From contig JBDTAV010000007.1 of NCBI GenBank assembly GCA_039924385.1, positions 13,015-77,014 of the forward strand: 64,000 bases of DNA. Direction: 5' to 3'. Positions 18,546 through 26,941 of the stretch are shown piece by piece. The notes beneath the pieces were generated by a model. The model was not told the DNA's origin and made no database searches. It saw nothing but the letters and a program-made list of their open reading frames with translations. Within the stretch, counting starts at the first letter, position 1. The number at the start of each line of letters is the position of its first letter. The DNA comes from Steroidobacteraceae bacterium (GTDB lineage: Bacteria; Pseudomonadota; Gammaproteobacteria; Steroidobacterales; Steroidobacteraceae). The position numbers were made by a program, and so were the translations under genes.

Positions 18546-20123
18546 ATGCGAAACTTGAATTTTTATGGCGCGCTCGCTTTAAGCACCTTGAGCGGCTGCA
18601 TGTGGTTCTTGGCCGTCACGCCATTTGATTTGTCGGTCCTCGCCTGGGTGGCGGCGGTTCCGATGTTCATGGCGATAGAGCGCACGCCAAGTTTTCGCCG
18701 CGCGCTATTCTTGGGCTGGTGGGCCGGACTCGTCGAGACAGCCGGAGGATTTTACTGGCTCATTGATGTCATGCGGCGTTTCGCCGATTTCCCATGGATC
18801 GGCGCGGCGGCAGTTTTTCTGCTTTTTTGCGCAACCCGCGCCATCATTTTCTTGTTTTTTACCGGCGCAGTGCTCGCCATTCGCCGGTGCATCCCTGTTC
18901 CCATGACCCTGCTCGGACCCATCGCCATGGTCAGCTGCGAGTTGCTGGTGCCGCAATTATTCCCCTGCGGCCAATGGATCAGTCAAGCTTGGAATCCGCT
19001 CGTTATCCAAGTAAGCGAATTGACAGGACCGTTGGGCGTCACGGCGCTGCTGATGATGATCAACGGCGCCCTGTACGATCTTAAGTTGGACGCGCGCGCC
19101 GCGCGCTATCCGGCATTGGCATCCGTTCTGCTGTTGGGGGCTGCACTCGCCTTCGGCGCCGTGCGGATGCGTCAAATCGACGGCGTCGCCGCGCGCGCGC
19201 CGCACCTTGAAATAGGCTTGGTTCAACCCAACTTTGCCTACACCATCGACGGAGAGTTTTCGCGTGACGAGGCGCTGCGCCAGTTGACCGCCCTGCAGGA
19301 GCAATCGCGCCGGCTCGAGCACGAGGGCGCGCAGCTGCTGATATGGAGCGAAGGCAGTTTTCCGATTGCCGTGCCGCGCGATTTCAGAGCAGATTTCTCC
19401 CAGGATTCGCTAGCCATGATTCGTCGCGGCTTCAGCGTGCCCACCCTGATCGGCGCAGAGATGTATGACGAAGCCCACGAGGATGCATTCAATTCGGCGA
19501 TCCTGCTCGATCGCAACGGCAAGGTCGCGGGCCATTACGACAAAGTGCGTCTACTGGCCTTTGGCGAGTACGTGCCCGGCGTCGAAACATTTCCCTGGCT
19601 GCGAAAACTTCTGCCGGCAGGCGCCGGAAGTTTCACCGCAGGCGGAGGTCCCGGCGTGATCTCGCTGCAGGGGCCGAATGGCGATGCCTGGCGCCTGGGT
19701 CCCGTTATTTGTTACGAGGATATTTTGCAGGGATTTTTACGCGGTGTCGGTCAGTTGCATCCGGACTTGCTGGTCAACTTGACCAGCGATTCATGGTTTG
19801 GCGCGGACACCGAGCCTTGGGAGCACCTGGCGCTGGCCGTGTTTGCCAGTGTGGAGCTGCGCGTCGGCATGGTGCGGGCGGTCAATTCGGGCGTTTCGGC
19901 ATTGATCGATCCGAACGGCCGCGTGACGCAAAGGACTTACGCCGACGATCCTTACCGCCATCCTCGCGGCGCCGACGGCATAGTGGTTACGGCACCGAAA
20001 ATGCCTGGGGGGCACACGCTCTTCGTTGCCGTGGGCAATCTGTTCGCCTATCTCTGTCTGGCCGGGACTTTGGTACTTTTAGGCGGCGCGCTGCTTCGAG
20101 CCCGCCGGCGCCGCAAAGACTAA
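18546..20123 (+). CDS. apolipoprotein N-acyltransferase paralogue (Lnt-like)
   Basis: About 526 aa. Polytopic N-terminal domain plus a CN-hydrolase domain with Lnt-type motifs (LLIWSEGSFP, VICYEDI, NLTSDSWFG). Start picked at MRNLNFYG. This is a second copy in addition to the syntenic lnt at 23094. Confidence 0.8.
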   Translation: MRNLNFYGALALSTLSGCMWFLAVTPFDLSVLAWVAAVPMFMAIERTPSFRRALFLGWWAGLVETAGGFYWLIDVMRRFADFPWIGAAAVFLLFCATRAIIFLFFTGAVLAIRRCIPVPMTLLGPIAMVSCELLVPQLFPCGQWISQAWNPLVIQVSELTGPLGVTALLMMINGALYDLKLDARAARYPALASVLLLGAALAFGAVRMRQIDGVAARAPHLEIGLVQPNFAYTIDGEFSRDEALRQLTALQEQSRRLEHEGAQLLIWSEGSFPIAVPRDFRADFSQDSLAMIRRGFSVPTLIGAEMYDEAHEDAFNSAILLDRNGKVAGHYDKVRLLAFGEYVPGVETFPWLRKLLPAGAGSFTAGGGPGVISLQGPNGDAWRLGPVICYEDILQGFLRGVGQLHPDLLVNLTSDSWFGADTEPWEHLALAVFASVELRVGMVRAVNSGVSALIDPNGRVTQRTYADDPYRHPRGADGIVVTAPKMPGGHTLFVAVGNLFAYLCLAGTLVLLGGALLRARRRRKD

Positions 20124-20150
20124 TTTCCTCTTCTTGCTGCATGGCAGTGA

Positions 20151-20240
20151 TACCCGCTTCCCGAGCGGTCCGTCGAGTTCCTCAGCAAACCATTCACCGC
20201 GGAGCAGCTCGAAGCTGCCATCCGCGATCTCGGGATCAAG
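20151..20240 (+). pseudogene. remnant of the C-terminal end of a response-regulator receiver domain
   Basis: This frame reads ...ERSVEFLSKPFTAEQLEAAIRDLGIK, the classic (D/E)FLxKPF alpha5 region. It has no start, and a stop lies 3 nt upstream. A neighbouring frame reads LLHGSDT, resembling the LTG.GD segment. Confidence 0.35.
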
Positions 20241-20553
20241 CCATCAGGTTTATCTTGGAGCCCGTGGCAGCCGCAGATCCAGCGGCAGACGAAGTCGCCG
20301 CCGCGTTGCCCGACAATGCGGCCGGGTTGGCGGCCGCCGGCACGGGTCGCGCGCCGATGATCTGCTGCAGCGAATTGAACAAGCTGCCAAAAAGGTTTTG
20401 CGCGGATCCAACCGGAATTTGAGCGGCCGTGCTGCTCGTGGAATCGTCGGTGGGATCCAACGCCGAGGCCTTTTTATGGCCATGGCCATGAGGGTGAATA
20501 TTCACCGCCGGCAGGGTGGACGTGACGGCAGATGGAATGGCAAGTGATGACAT
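20236..20553 (-). CDS. hypothetical small protein with HPHGHGH motif (105 aa, no Cys, Ala/Ser-rich)
   Basis: ATG preceded by AGGAGG at a 7-nt spacing. Third-position GC is fairly high. No family recognised. Divergent from the merR-like gene. Confidence 0.45.
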   Translation of the reverse strand: MSSLAIPSAVTSTLPAVNIHPHGHGHKKASALDPTDDSTSSTAAQIPVGSAQNLFGSLFNSLQQIIGARPVPAAANPAALSGNAAATSSAAGSAAATGSKINLMA

Positions 20554-20586
20554 GGGCTATCCTCCTGAAAGATGAATCACTGGCGA

Positions 20587-20651
20587 GCGGCAACAATTTG
20601 CCGCGGCCGGTCGGCAGCGGCGTAACCTTGCCGCCCCGAAGGGCGGCAAGG
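20587..20651 (-). other. two stable hairpins in the putative 5-prime leader of the small ORF
   Basis: Read on the minus strand: CCTTGCCGCCC-UUCG-GGGCGGCAAGG (11-bp stem, C(UUCG)G tetraloop; 20626-20651) and GCGGCAA-AUUG-UUGCCGC (20587-20604). Both lie 35-100 nt upstream of the ATG at 20553. Confidence 0.4.
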
Positions 20652-20758
20652 CGGCTTGAAGTGCGTTCGATCACGTGAAAACAGCATAAGCAACTGACTT
20701 AAGCAGGTTTCATGCCAAACGTCCCCTCACTCCGGTTTGCGGAATCGGGGCCCCTCAG

Positions 20759-20788
20759 TTGCCGGACTCGAAACATACGAGTTAAAGT
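20759..20788 (+). promoter_or_regulatory. candidate MerR-type promoter (TTGCCG-18 nt-TAAAGT) with dyad ACTCG-N7-CGAGT in the spacer
   Basis: Hexamers and dyad read directly, about 30 nt upstream of the merR-like start. Weak matches, so speculative. Confidence 0.25.
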
Positions 20789-20820
20789 TCAGTTCAAGTC
20801 AAGCATCCTAGGAGATGTTC

Positions 20821-21219
20821 GTGGGACTATTGATTGGCGAAGTCGCGCGGCGCGCCGGTCTGTCGACCTCTGCGCTTCGCTACTACGAAAAAGTTGGGCT
20901 GTTGCCTCCGCCGACCCGCGTTTCGAAGCGGCGAATCTACGATTCTAAGGTGATCGGCCGAATTCGAATAATTTTACTGGCCTTGGATGCCGGGTTTACC
21001 GTGAAGGAAACCAGGACCTTCCTCAGCGGGTACCCGCTCAGCACTACGCCGGCGGAGCGATGGCGTGCGCTGGCCGCCAAGAAACTCGCCGAGCTGGACG
21101 CGCAAATGACGCGGCTGGCGCAAATGAAGTCAATTCTCAACGACAGTTTCCAATGCCGCTGCATGCGCATCGAGGACTGCGAGAAATACATGCCGCCCTC
21201 CAATCGAACTGCGCAATGA
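20821..21219 (+). CDS. MerR family transcriptional regulator with C-terminal CxCx5C cluster
   Basis: N-terminal HTH (LLIGEVARRAGLSTSALRYYEKVGLL), a coiled-coil, then FQCRCMRIEDCEKY. The GTG at 20821 has better SD spacing (AGGAG + 6 nt) than the ATG at 20815. Confidence 0.8.
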   Translation: MGLLIGEVARRAGLSTSALRYYEKVGLLPPPTRVSKRRIYDSKVIGRIRIILLALDAGFTVKETRTFLSGYPLSTTPAERWRALAAKKLAELDAQMTRLAQMKSILNDSFQCRCMRIEDCEKYMPPSNRTAQ

Positions 21220-22070
21220 CCGATTCCGGCGTGATCCAGGACGTCAAGCTGGGCGAGCACGGTATTGTGTCATTCCTCCGGCCCGACTCGCTGTGGGGCG
21301 CGCTGATTTATTTCGTCGCTTTCGTGATGCTGGCGCTGCTGCTGTCGCGGATATTGCGCGCCGCCGTGCATGCGTCTCTGACCCGCAAGGGCCACTTCGA
21401 TCGCACAACCATCAGCTTCTTGCAGCAGTTCGGCTCGGTATTGGTCTGGGTGGTCGTGATAATTCTGTATGCGCATCTCATACCGATGTTGCGGTCGATG
21501 GGCACTGCCTTGCTGACGGGCGCGGGGGTCGTGTCGGTTGTCATCGGCCTTGCGGCGCAAAGCACGCTGGGCAATTTGGTGGCCGGGATCTCGATCGCGA
21601 TTTATCGGCCGTTCCGCCTGGGCGATACACTGCAAGTCACCGCGCCCACCGGCACGGATATCGGCGTGGTGGAACTCATTTCGCTGGGGTACACCACGCT
21701 GCGCGCGCCGGAGGGTCACATGATCGTCCTGCCGAACGCCATTGCGGCCAGCCAGGTTACGATCAACCTGAGCACCAACTACGCGCCTTGGCCGATCACC
21801 ATCACCATTCGTCTCAGCCGCGATGCGGACATTGAGGCCGCGCGGAAACTCGCGCTCAGCGTCGCTGCGGAAATCGCCGGCGAGACCCAGGTGGTCGGCT
21901 GCTTCCTGACCAAGGTTGATGCCGCCGCGATCACCTTGGAGCTGCGCTTCAAAGCCGCGGACGCCGCCAGCCGCGATGCGGTGCGATCCAAGATGTTGAC
22001 TGCCCTGCCGGTTCGATTTGCGGAAGCGAAAATCGGATCGTCGGGTACCGAACTGCCGGCTTTTTCTTAG
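21216..22070 (+). CDS. mechanosensitive ion channel (MscS family)
   Basis: 284 aa from MTDSGVIQ. Three TM helices and the MscS pore/beta-domain signature (GLAAQSTLGNLVAGISIAIYRPFRLGD). Its ATG overlaps the merR-like stop (ATGA). Confidence 0.85.
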   Translation: MTDSGVIQDVKLGEHGIVSFLRPDSLWGALIYFVAFVMLALLLSRILRAAVHASLTRKGHFDRTTISFLQQFGSVLVWVVVIILYAHLIPMLRSMGTALLTGAGVVSVVIGLAAQSTLGNLVAGISIAIYRPFRLGDTLQVTAPTGTDIGVVELISLGYTTLRAPEGHMIVLPNAIAASQVTINLSTNYAPWPITITIRLSRDADIEAARKLALSVAAEIAGETQVVGCFLTKVDAAAITLELRFKAADAASRDAVRSKMLTALPVRFAEAKIGSSGTELPAFS

Positions 22071-22354
22071 GTCCTTAAAACGGCAACGGCTTGAGGTCGG
22101 GCTCTACCCAGCTGCGCCGCGCTTCGACGGAAAACAACTGCGCGCGGCTCCAGCAGCCCAGCGGCCAATCAGACTTCCCAACCACAGTGCTGCGGCAAAA
22201 TGCGCCGCATGCGTCCATCGGGGTTTGGGCAGCGACAACCCAATCACACCGCTTCCGATCGCGGCAATCTCTGCGTCAGAGGTGAACGGTTGAATGGGCG
22301 AGCGGACATAAAGCCATTCATGTTAGCTTTGGCTTGGCAGTTTAGGAAGGTCAT

Positions 22355-23074
22355 ATGAGCACATCGATCGACAGCAAAGTTCGCCTGTACGAACTCGCCC
22401 TGGCGGACGGCCGCTCCGCGAGTCCTTTCGTGTGGCGCATCCGCTATGCGTTGGCGCACAAGGGGATCCCGTTCGATACCGTCTATCTGGGATTCACCGA
22501 AATTCCGACGGTGTTCGGCGGGAAATTCAAGACCGTACCGATTTTGGAGCACGCGGATACGGCGCTTGCGGAAAGTTGGGACATCGCCGAGTACTTGGAC
22601 CGCGCCTTTCCACAGCAGCCGCTGTTGTTCAACACACCCGCGGAACACTCTCTGGTGCGTTTCATGGACGCCTGGTTCATCAGCGAGGTATTGCGCAAAA
22701 TGTTCAGGGTCTATGTCAAGGATGTTCACGACGCCGCACGCCCGGAAGATCGCCCCTACTTTCGTGAGAGTCGGGAGAAGAATATGAAGGGCAAGACGTT
22801 GGAAAGCTTCACGGCGGATCGTGCGGCCTATCTGCCGGCGATTCGTGCATCCCTGGCGCCGCTGCGTACCCACCTGCAGAAGTTTGCGTTTCTCGGCGGC
22901 AGCTCACCGAACTACGCCGACTACATCGGGCTGGGCGGATTTTATTGGGCAGCGAGCGCCGGCACGTTGCCCTTGCTGGAACGCGACGACTCCTTGCGCG
23001 ACTGGCTGGAACGGGGCTTCAATCTGTACGGCGGCATTGCGCGCAACCCGGGGATCAAACCGCTGTTCGAATGA
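22355..23074 (+). CDS. glutathione S-transferase family protein
   Basis: 239 aa. Thioredoxin-like N-domain (SPFVWRIRYALAHKGIPF..., VPILEH, ESWDIAEYL) plus a helical C-domain. AGGAAGG SD. Confidence 0.8.
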   Translation: MSTSIDSKVRLYELALADGRSASPFVWRIRYALAHKGIPFDTVYLGFTEIPTVFGGKFKTVPILEHADTALAESWDIAEYLDRAFPQQPLLFNTPAEHSLVRFMDAWFISEVLRKMFRVYVKDVHDAARPEDRPYFRESREKNMKGKTLESFTADRAAYLPAIRASLAPLRTHLQKFAFLGGSSPNYADYIGLGGFYWAASAGTLPLLERDDSLRDWLERGFNLYGGIARNPGIKPLFE

Positions 23075-23093
23075 GGGCGGTCTAGCCGCGCGG

Positions 23094-24608
23094 CTAACTG
23101 CGGCGCCGCCGCCAGACAGCAAGTGCAAGCAGCAGGAAACTGCCGATCATCACCGGGTAGTTGCCGAGCCGCGCGTAGGGGGTAAGACCGATCATGGGCT
23201 GCACGTCGGCGCGCAGCACAGCCTCTTGGAACTGAGGCAGGCGTGCGACGATCTTGCCTTCAGGGTTGATCACCGCCGTGATGCCGTCGTTCGCGGCACG
23301 CACCAGAAATCGACCTGCTTCGAGCGCGCGCATCCGCGCGATTTGCAGATGCTGATGCGGCGCGGTCGAGTCGCCGTACCAGGCGTTGTTGGTCACGTTG
23401 ATCATCAAGGTGGCCTGCCGCAATAGCCTGAGCTGTTGGCTGCCGAAGGCATCCTCGTAGCAAATGCTTAAAGCCAGCTTTTCGCCCGCGGCAGTCAAGA
23501 CAGGCTGGCGCGGCGAACCGGCGGTGAAGTCATCATAGGGAAGGCTCATCAGCCGCAGCCAGCGGCGAACGAAGGCCGGTACCGGAAAATATTCGCCGAA
23601 CGGCACCAGATGCCGCTTGTAGTACCAAGCATCGGCGGCGCGGCTCAGCACCAGGATCCCGTTGAAGTACTGTTTCGTTGCGGGCCTATAGTCGACCAAA
23701 CCGATGGCGAAATCCGCGTCGTGCGCGCGTCCCAGCTCCTTGAGCTGACGCAGGTAATCCGGGATATCGGTCGACAGCACCGGCAGCGAGGCTTCCGGCC
23801 AGACGATGAGGCGGGCGCCCCACGCTCCGCCGGTCAGCTTCAGATAGCGCTGCATGGTGAGCTCGCGATTTTTCGCCTGCCACTTCTGATCCTGCGACAC
23901 CGCGCCTTGCACGGCGGCGACCGGCACGGGCGAGTCCGACGGCTGCGTCCAATGCACCTGCCTCAGTAACGCGGGCGCCGCAAACAATAGCGTGATTGCG
24001 CCGAGTGCCAGGCCCCGCCGCGCCGGCAGCACGGCCGGCATGAACAGGACATTGATCGCGACGGATATCAACACCGCGGCCCACGTCACGCCGTACACGC
24101 CCAGCAGAGGCGCCCAGCCGGCGAGGGGCGAATCGATCATTGCGTAGCCGGTGGACAGCCACGGAAAGCCGCTCAAAAACCACCCGCGCAACCATTCGAG
24201 CAATACCCACAGCGCCGGCAGCACCAACCAGTCGCGGGTCGCGCCCGGCTTGAGCCAGAACCGGTTCGCGAGGTAACAGAGTGCAGCCACATAAAGGGAC
24301 ATCGCCGCCACCAAGAGTGCCTGCAGCAGCAGCGTCAGCCATACGGGCACCAGGCCAAAAACGTGCAGGCAGGTGTAGAGCCAATAGGTGCCGAAGGTGA
24401 ACAGCCCTAAACCGAATGAAGCGCCCGTCCAGCCGGCGCGGCGCGGCGGCAGCCCCCGGATGAGCGCGAACAGCGCCGCGGGCGCAGCCAGCGCAAGCGG
24501 CCACCAGCCAAAAGGCGCGAATCCCAGATTGAAACTCGCGCCCGCGGCAAACGCGGCAATCAGACGCGCCAGCAGCTGTTTCCACTGCGCGGTGTCTGCG
24601 CCGCGCAT
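23094..24608 (-). CDS. lnt: apolipoprotein N-acyltransferase
   Basis: About 504 aa. Polytopic N-domain plus CN-hydrolase (IVWPEASLP, LSICYEDAF, NVTNNAWYG). Canonical position after corC. The TTG at 24620 is an alternative start. Confidence 0.85.
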   Translation of the reverse strand: MRGADTAQWKQLLARLIAAFAAGASFNLGFAPFGWWPLALAAPAALFALIRGLPPRRAGWTGASFGLGLFTFGTYWLYTCLHVFGLVPVWLTLLLQALLVAAMSLYVAALCYLANRFWLKPGATRDWLVLPALWVLLEWLRGWFLSGFPWLSTGYAMIDSPLAGWAPLLGVYGVTWAAVLISVAINVLFMPAVLPARRGLALGAITLLFAAPALLRQVHWTQPSDSPVPVAAVQGAVSQDQKWQAKNRELTMQRYLKLTGGAWGARLIVWPEASLPVLSTDIPDYLRQLKELGRAHDADFAIGLVDYRPATKQYFNGILVLSRAADAWYYKRHLVPFGEYFPVPAFVRRWLRLMSLPYDDFTAGSPRQPVLTAAGEKLALSICYEDAFGSQQLRLLRQATLMINVTNNAWYGDSTAPHQHLQIARMRALEAGRFLVRAANDGITAVINPEGKIVARLPQFQEAVLRADVQPMIGLTPYARLGNYPVMIGSFLLLALAVWRRRRS

Positions 24609-24616
24609 GGCGACGT

Positions 24617-25486
24617 TCAAGCGCTCGACTCGTTGGCAGCGGGGGGCTCGATGTCGAAGGGAACCGTGACGCGCAATAGATCAATGCGGCGCCGATCGGC
24701 GCGCACGATGCGAAACTCCAGATCGCCGATCTTGATGGTTTCGCCGCGGCGCGGCAGGCGGCCGAACTCCTGCATCAGAAGACCGCCGATGGTGTCGTAT
24801 TCCTCGTCGGAAAACGCGCTGGAGAAATATTGATTGAAATTGGCAATCGGCGTCAACGCGCGCACCGTGAATTCGCGCGGACGCTCCTTGCGAATGGTTT
24901 GGTCATCTTCGACGTCATGCTCGTCGTCGATCTCGCCGACGATTTGTTCGATGACATCCTCGATGGTGACCAGGCCACACACGCCCCCATATTCGTCGAC
25001 CACCATGGCAATGTGATTGTGGCTGCGGCGAAATTCCTTGAGGAGGACATTGAGGCGCTTGCTCTCCGGCACGAATACCACCGGACGCATGTATTCGCGT
25101 ATCTCGAAATCCTCGTCCGCCGCGGCACGCAGCCGCAGCAAATCCTTGGCGAGCAGAATTCCCAGAATCTGGTCGCGATCTTCGCCGATGACCGGAAAGC
25201 GCGAGTGGCCCGACTCGACCACCAACCCGACCAGCTTCTCGGGCGACTCGTCGCGCTCGACAAAGACCATTTGCGAGCGCGGCACCATGATGTCTCTCAC
25301 CTGCATGTCCGCGACGGCCAGGACGCCCTCGAGCATGACCAGCGCATCGCCGTCGAAAAGTCCCCGCTCACTCGCCTCGCGCAGATTCTCGACCAGCTCG
25401 GCAAGATCCCGCGGTTCGCCGGACATGGACTGAGTAATGCGCTTTAACCAGCGGCCGGTAGAGCCGCCGTGAGGCTGTTCTGACAT
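24617..25486 (-). CDS. corC: CBS-domain Mg/Co efflux-associated protein CorC (HlyC/CorC family)
   Basis: 289 aa. Tandem CBS domains plus a CorC_HlyC C-terminal domain, in ybeZ-ybeY-corC-lnt synteny. Confidence 0.85.
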   Translation of the reverse strand: MSEQPHGGSTGRWLKRITQSMSGEPRDLAELVENLREASERGLFDGDALVMLEGVLAVADMQVRDIMVPRSQMVFVERDESPEKLVGLVVESGHSRFPVIGEDRDQILGILLAKDLLRLRAAADEDFEIREYMRPVVFVPESKRLNVLLKEFRRSHNHIAMVVDEYGGVCGLVTIEDVIEQIVGEIDDEHDVEDDQTIRKERPREFTVRALTPIANFNQYFSSAFSDEEYDTIGGLLMQEFGRLPRRGETIKIGDLEFRIVRADRRRIDLLRVTVPFDIEPPAANESSA

Positions 25487-25506
25487 GAGGCGAGAGCATA
25501 CCGGAA

Positions 25507-25995
25507 TCAGCGGTAGGGGTCTGAAAACCCAAGCTGATCAAGGATTTGAATCTCGCGCGCGGTCATTTTTCCGGCTTCCTTCGCGCGCTCATGATCGAAA
25601 CCCAGCAAGTGCAGGACGCCATGGACGGTTAGATGCGCCCAATGGGCAGGCAGCGTTTTACTCTGAGCGCGCGCTTCGAGCGCGACGAGGGGCGCGCAAA
25701 TCACCAGCTCGCCCAAGAAGGAGCGTCCATCGGGGGCCAGTCCTGCGCCGGTAAACGACAGCACATTGGTGGGCTTGTCCTTGTGCCGGTAGTGCGCGTT
25801 CAAACTGCGGCTGCGCGTCTTGCCGACGATGCGCACCGACAAGACGCAGGGCCTGCCGATGGGAGCGAGCGCCGCGGCAGCCCAGTGTGCCAGGCACCGC
25901 GCGCTCGGCACCCAGGGGCTGCGCGACGCGTAGCTCACAGCGAGTTCGAGCCGCCGCGCCACGTTAGGTGGCGTCTTTTGGGGAACTCGCCTCAT
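25507..25995 (-). CDS. ybeY: rRNA maturation endoribonuclease YbeY
   Basis: HGVLHLLGFDH zinc motif. Start re-picked at MRRVPQK (the ORF-track start would overlap phoH by about 100 nt). Confidence 0.85.
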   Translation of the reverse strand: MRRVPQKTPPNVARRLELAVSYASRSPWVPSARCLAHWAAAALAPIGRPCVLSVRIVGKTRSRSLNAHYRHKDKPTNVLSFTGAGLAPDGRSFLGELVICAPLVALEARAQSKTLPAHWAHLTVHGVLHLLGFDHERAKEAGKMTAREIQILDQLGFSDPYR

Positions 25996-26941
25996 AAGCT
26001 TGTACGATTCGCTGCACCAGGGGATGGCGCACCACGTCGCGCGAGGTAAACATGGTGAAGGCAATGCCGCGCACGCCGCGCAAAATATCGATCACGGTGC
26101 GCAAACCCGATTGTTTCGAATTGGGCAGGTCGATCTGCGTGATATCGCCGGTCACCACCGCCTTGGAACCGAAGCCGATTCGGGTCAGGAACATTTTCAT
26201 CTGCTCATTGGTGGTGTTCTGCGCTTCGTCCAAGATCACGAACGAATCATTCAGCGATCGGCCGCGCATGAATGCCAGCGGCGCGACTTCAATGACGTTG
26301 CGCTCGATCAACTTGGCGACCCGCTCGAAACCCAGCATCTCGTACAGCGCGTCATACATCGGCCGCAAATACGGGTCGACCTTTTGCGACAGGTCGCCCG
26401 GAAGAAAGCCCAACCGCTCGCCCGCCTCGACTGCGGGTCGAACCAGGACGATGCGCCGCACTTTTTCCGATTGCAGAGCCTCGACCGCACACGCCACTGC
26501 AAGATAGGTTTTGCCCGTGCCCGCGGGACCGATGCCGAAGGTCAGGTCATGCGCGCGTACGTTGTTGAGGTATTCGGTCTGATTCGCGCCGCGCGCGCGT
26601 ATGGAGCCGCGCGCCGTGCGGACTTTGAGATCCTCCGACTCGATCTTGGGTTCGGTCTCATTGCCTTCCATGTCCAGCGCTTGCAGTGCGATGTGCACGC
26701 GCTGCGAATCCACCGGTTCGCGTTGTGCACGCGCATACAGGTCCTGCAGCACGGATTCCGCGCGCTCAATCGCGGGCGCCAGGCCCACCAATTGAAATCG
26801 ATTGCCGCGCCGTCGAACCTGGATGCCCAGTCGCGACTCGATCAGGCGCAGATGTTCATCCAAGGGGCCGCAAAGTTCGACCAGACGGACATTGTCCGCC
26901 GGCGCCAACAGCACATCCTTAGTCAACGGCAACGTACTCAT
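25964..26941 (-). CDS. ybeZ: PhoH-like ATPase YbeZ
   Basis: 325 aa. Walker [14 protein letters not shown] and conserved PhoH motifs. Syntenic after miaB. Confidence 0.9.
   Translation of the reverse strand: MSTLPLTKDVLLAPADNVRLVELCGPLDEHLRLIESRLGIQVRRRGNRFQLVGLAPAIERAESVLQDLYARAQREPVDSQRVHIALQALDMEGNETEPKIESEDLKVRTARGSIRARGANQTEYLNNVRAHDLTFGIGPAGTGKTYLAVACAVEALQSEKVRRIVLVRPAVEAGERLGFLPGDLSQKVDPYLRPMYDALYEMLGFERVAKLIERNVIEVAPLAFMRGRSLNDSFVILDEAQNTTNEQMKMFLTRIGFGSKAVVTGDITQIDLPNSKQSGLRTVIDILRGVRGIAFTMFTSRDVVRHPLVQRIVQAYEASSPKDAT

Noticed and set aside
18546-18605. LSGC near the N-terminus of the lnt paralogue, resembling a lipobox.
   Set aside because: It aligns with the equivalent first-TM segment of E. 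coli Lnt (LLFGACGTLAFSP) as I remember it, so it is homologous TM1 sequence and not a lipoprotein signal.
22071-22354. 284-bp GC-rich spacer between the MscS and GST genes. One minus-strand frame reads like a membrane-protein tail (AEIAAIGSGVIGLSLP...ALWLGSLIGRW).
   Set aside because: There is no start codon, no SD and no recognisable family. It may be a gene remnant, but the evidence is too thin to call.
23083-23096. 14-bp palindrome TAGCCGCGCGGCTA between the convergent GST and lnt genes.
   Set aside because: It could form a small bidirectional hairpin, but it has no U-tract on either strand, so it is not called as a terminator.
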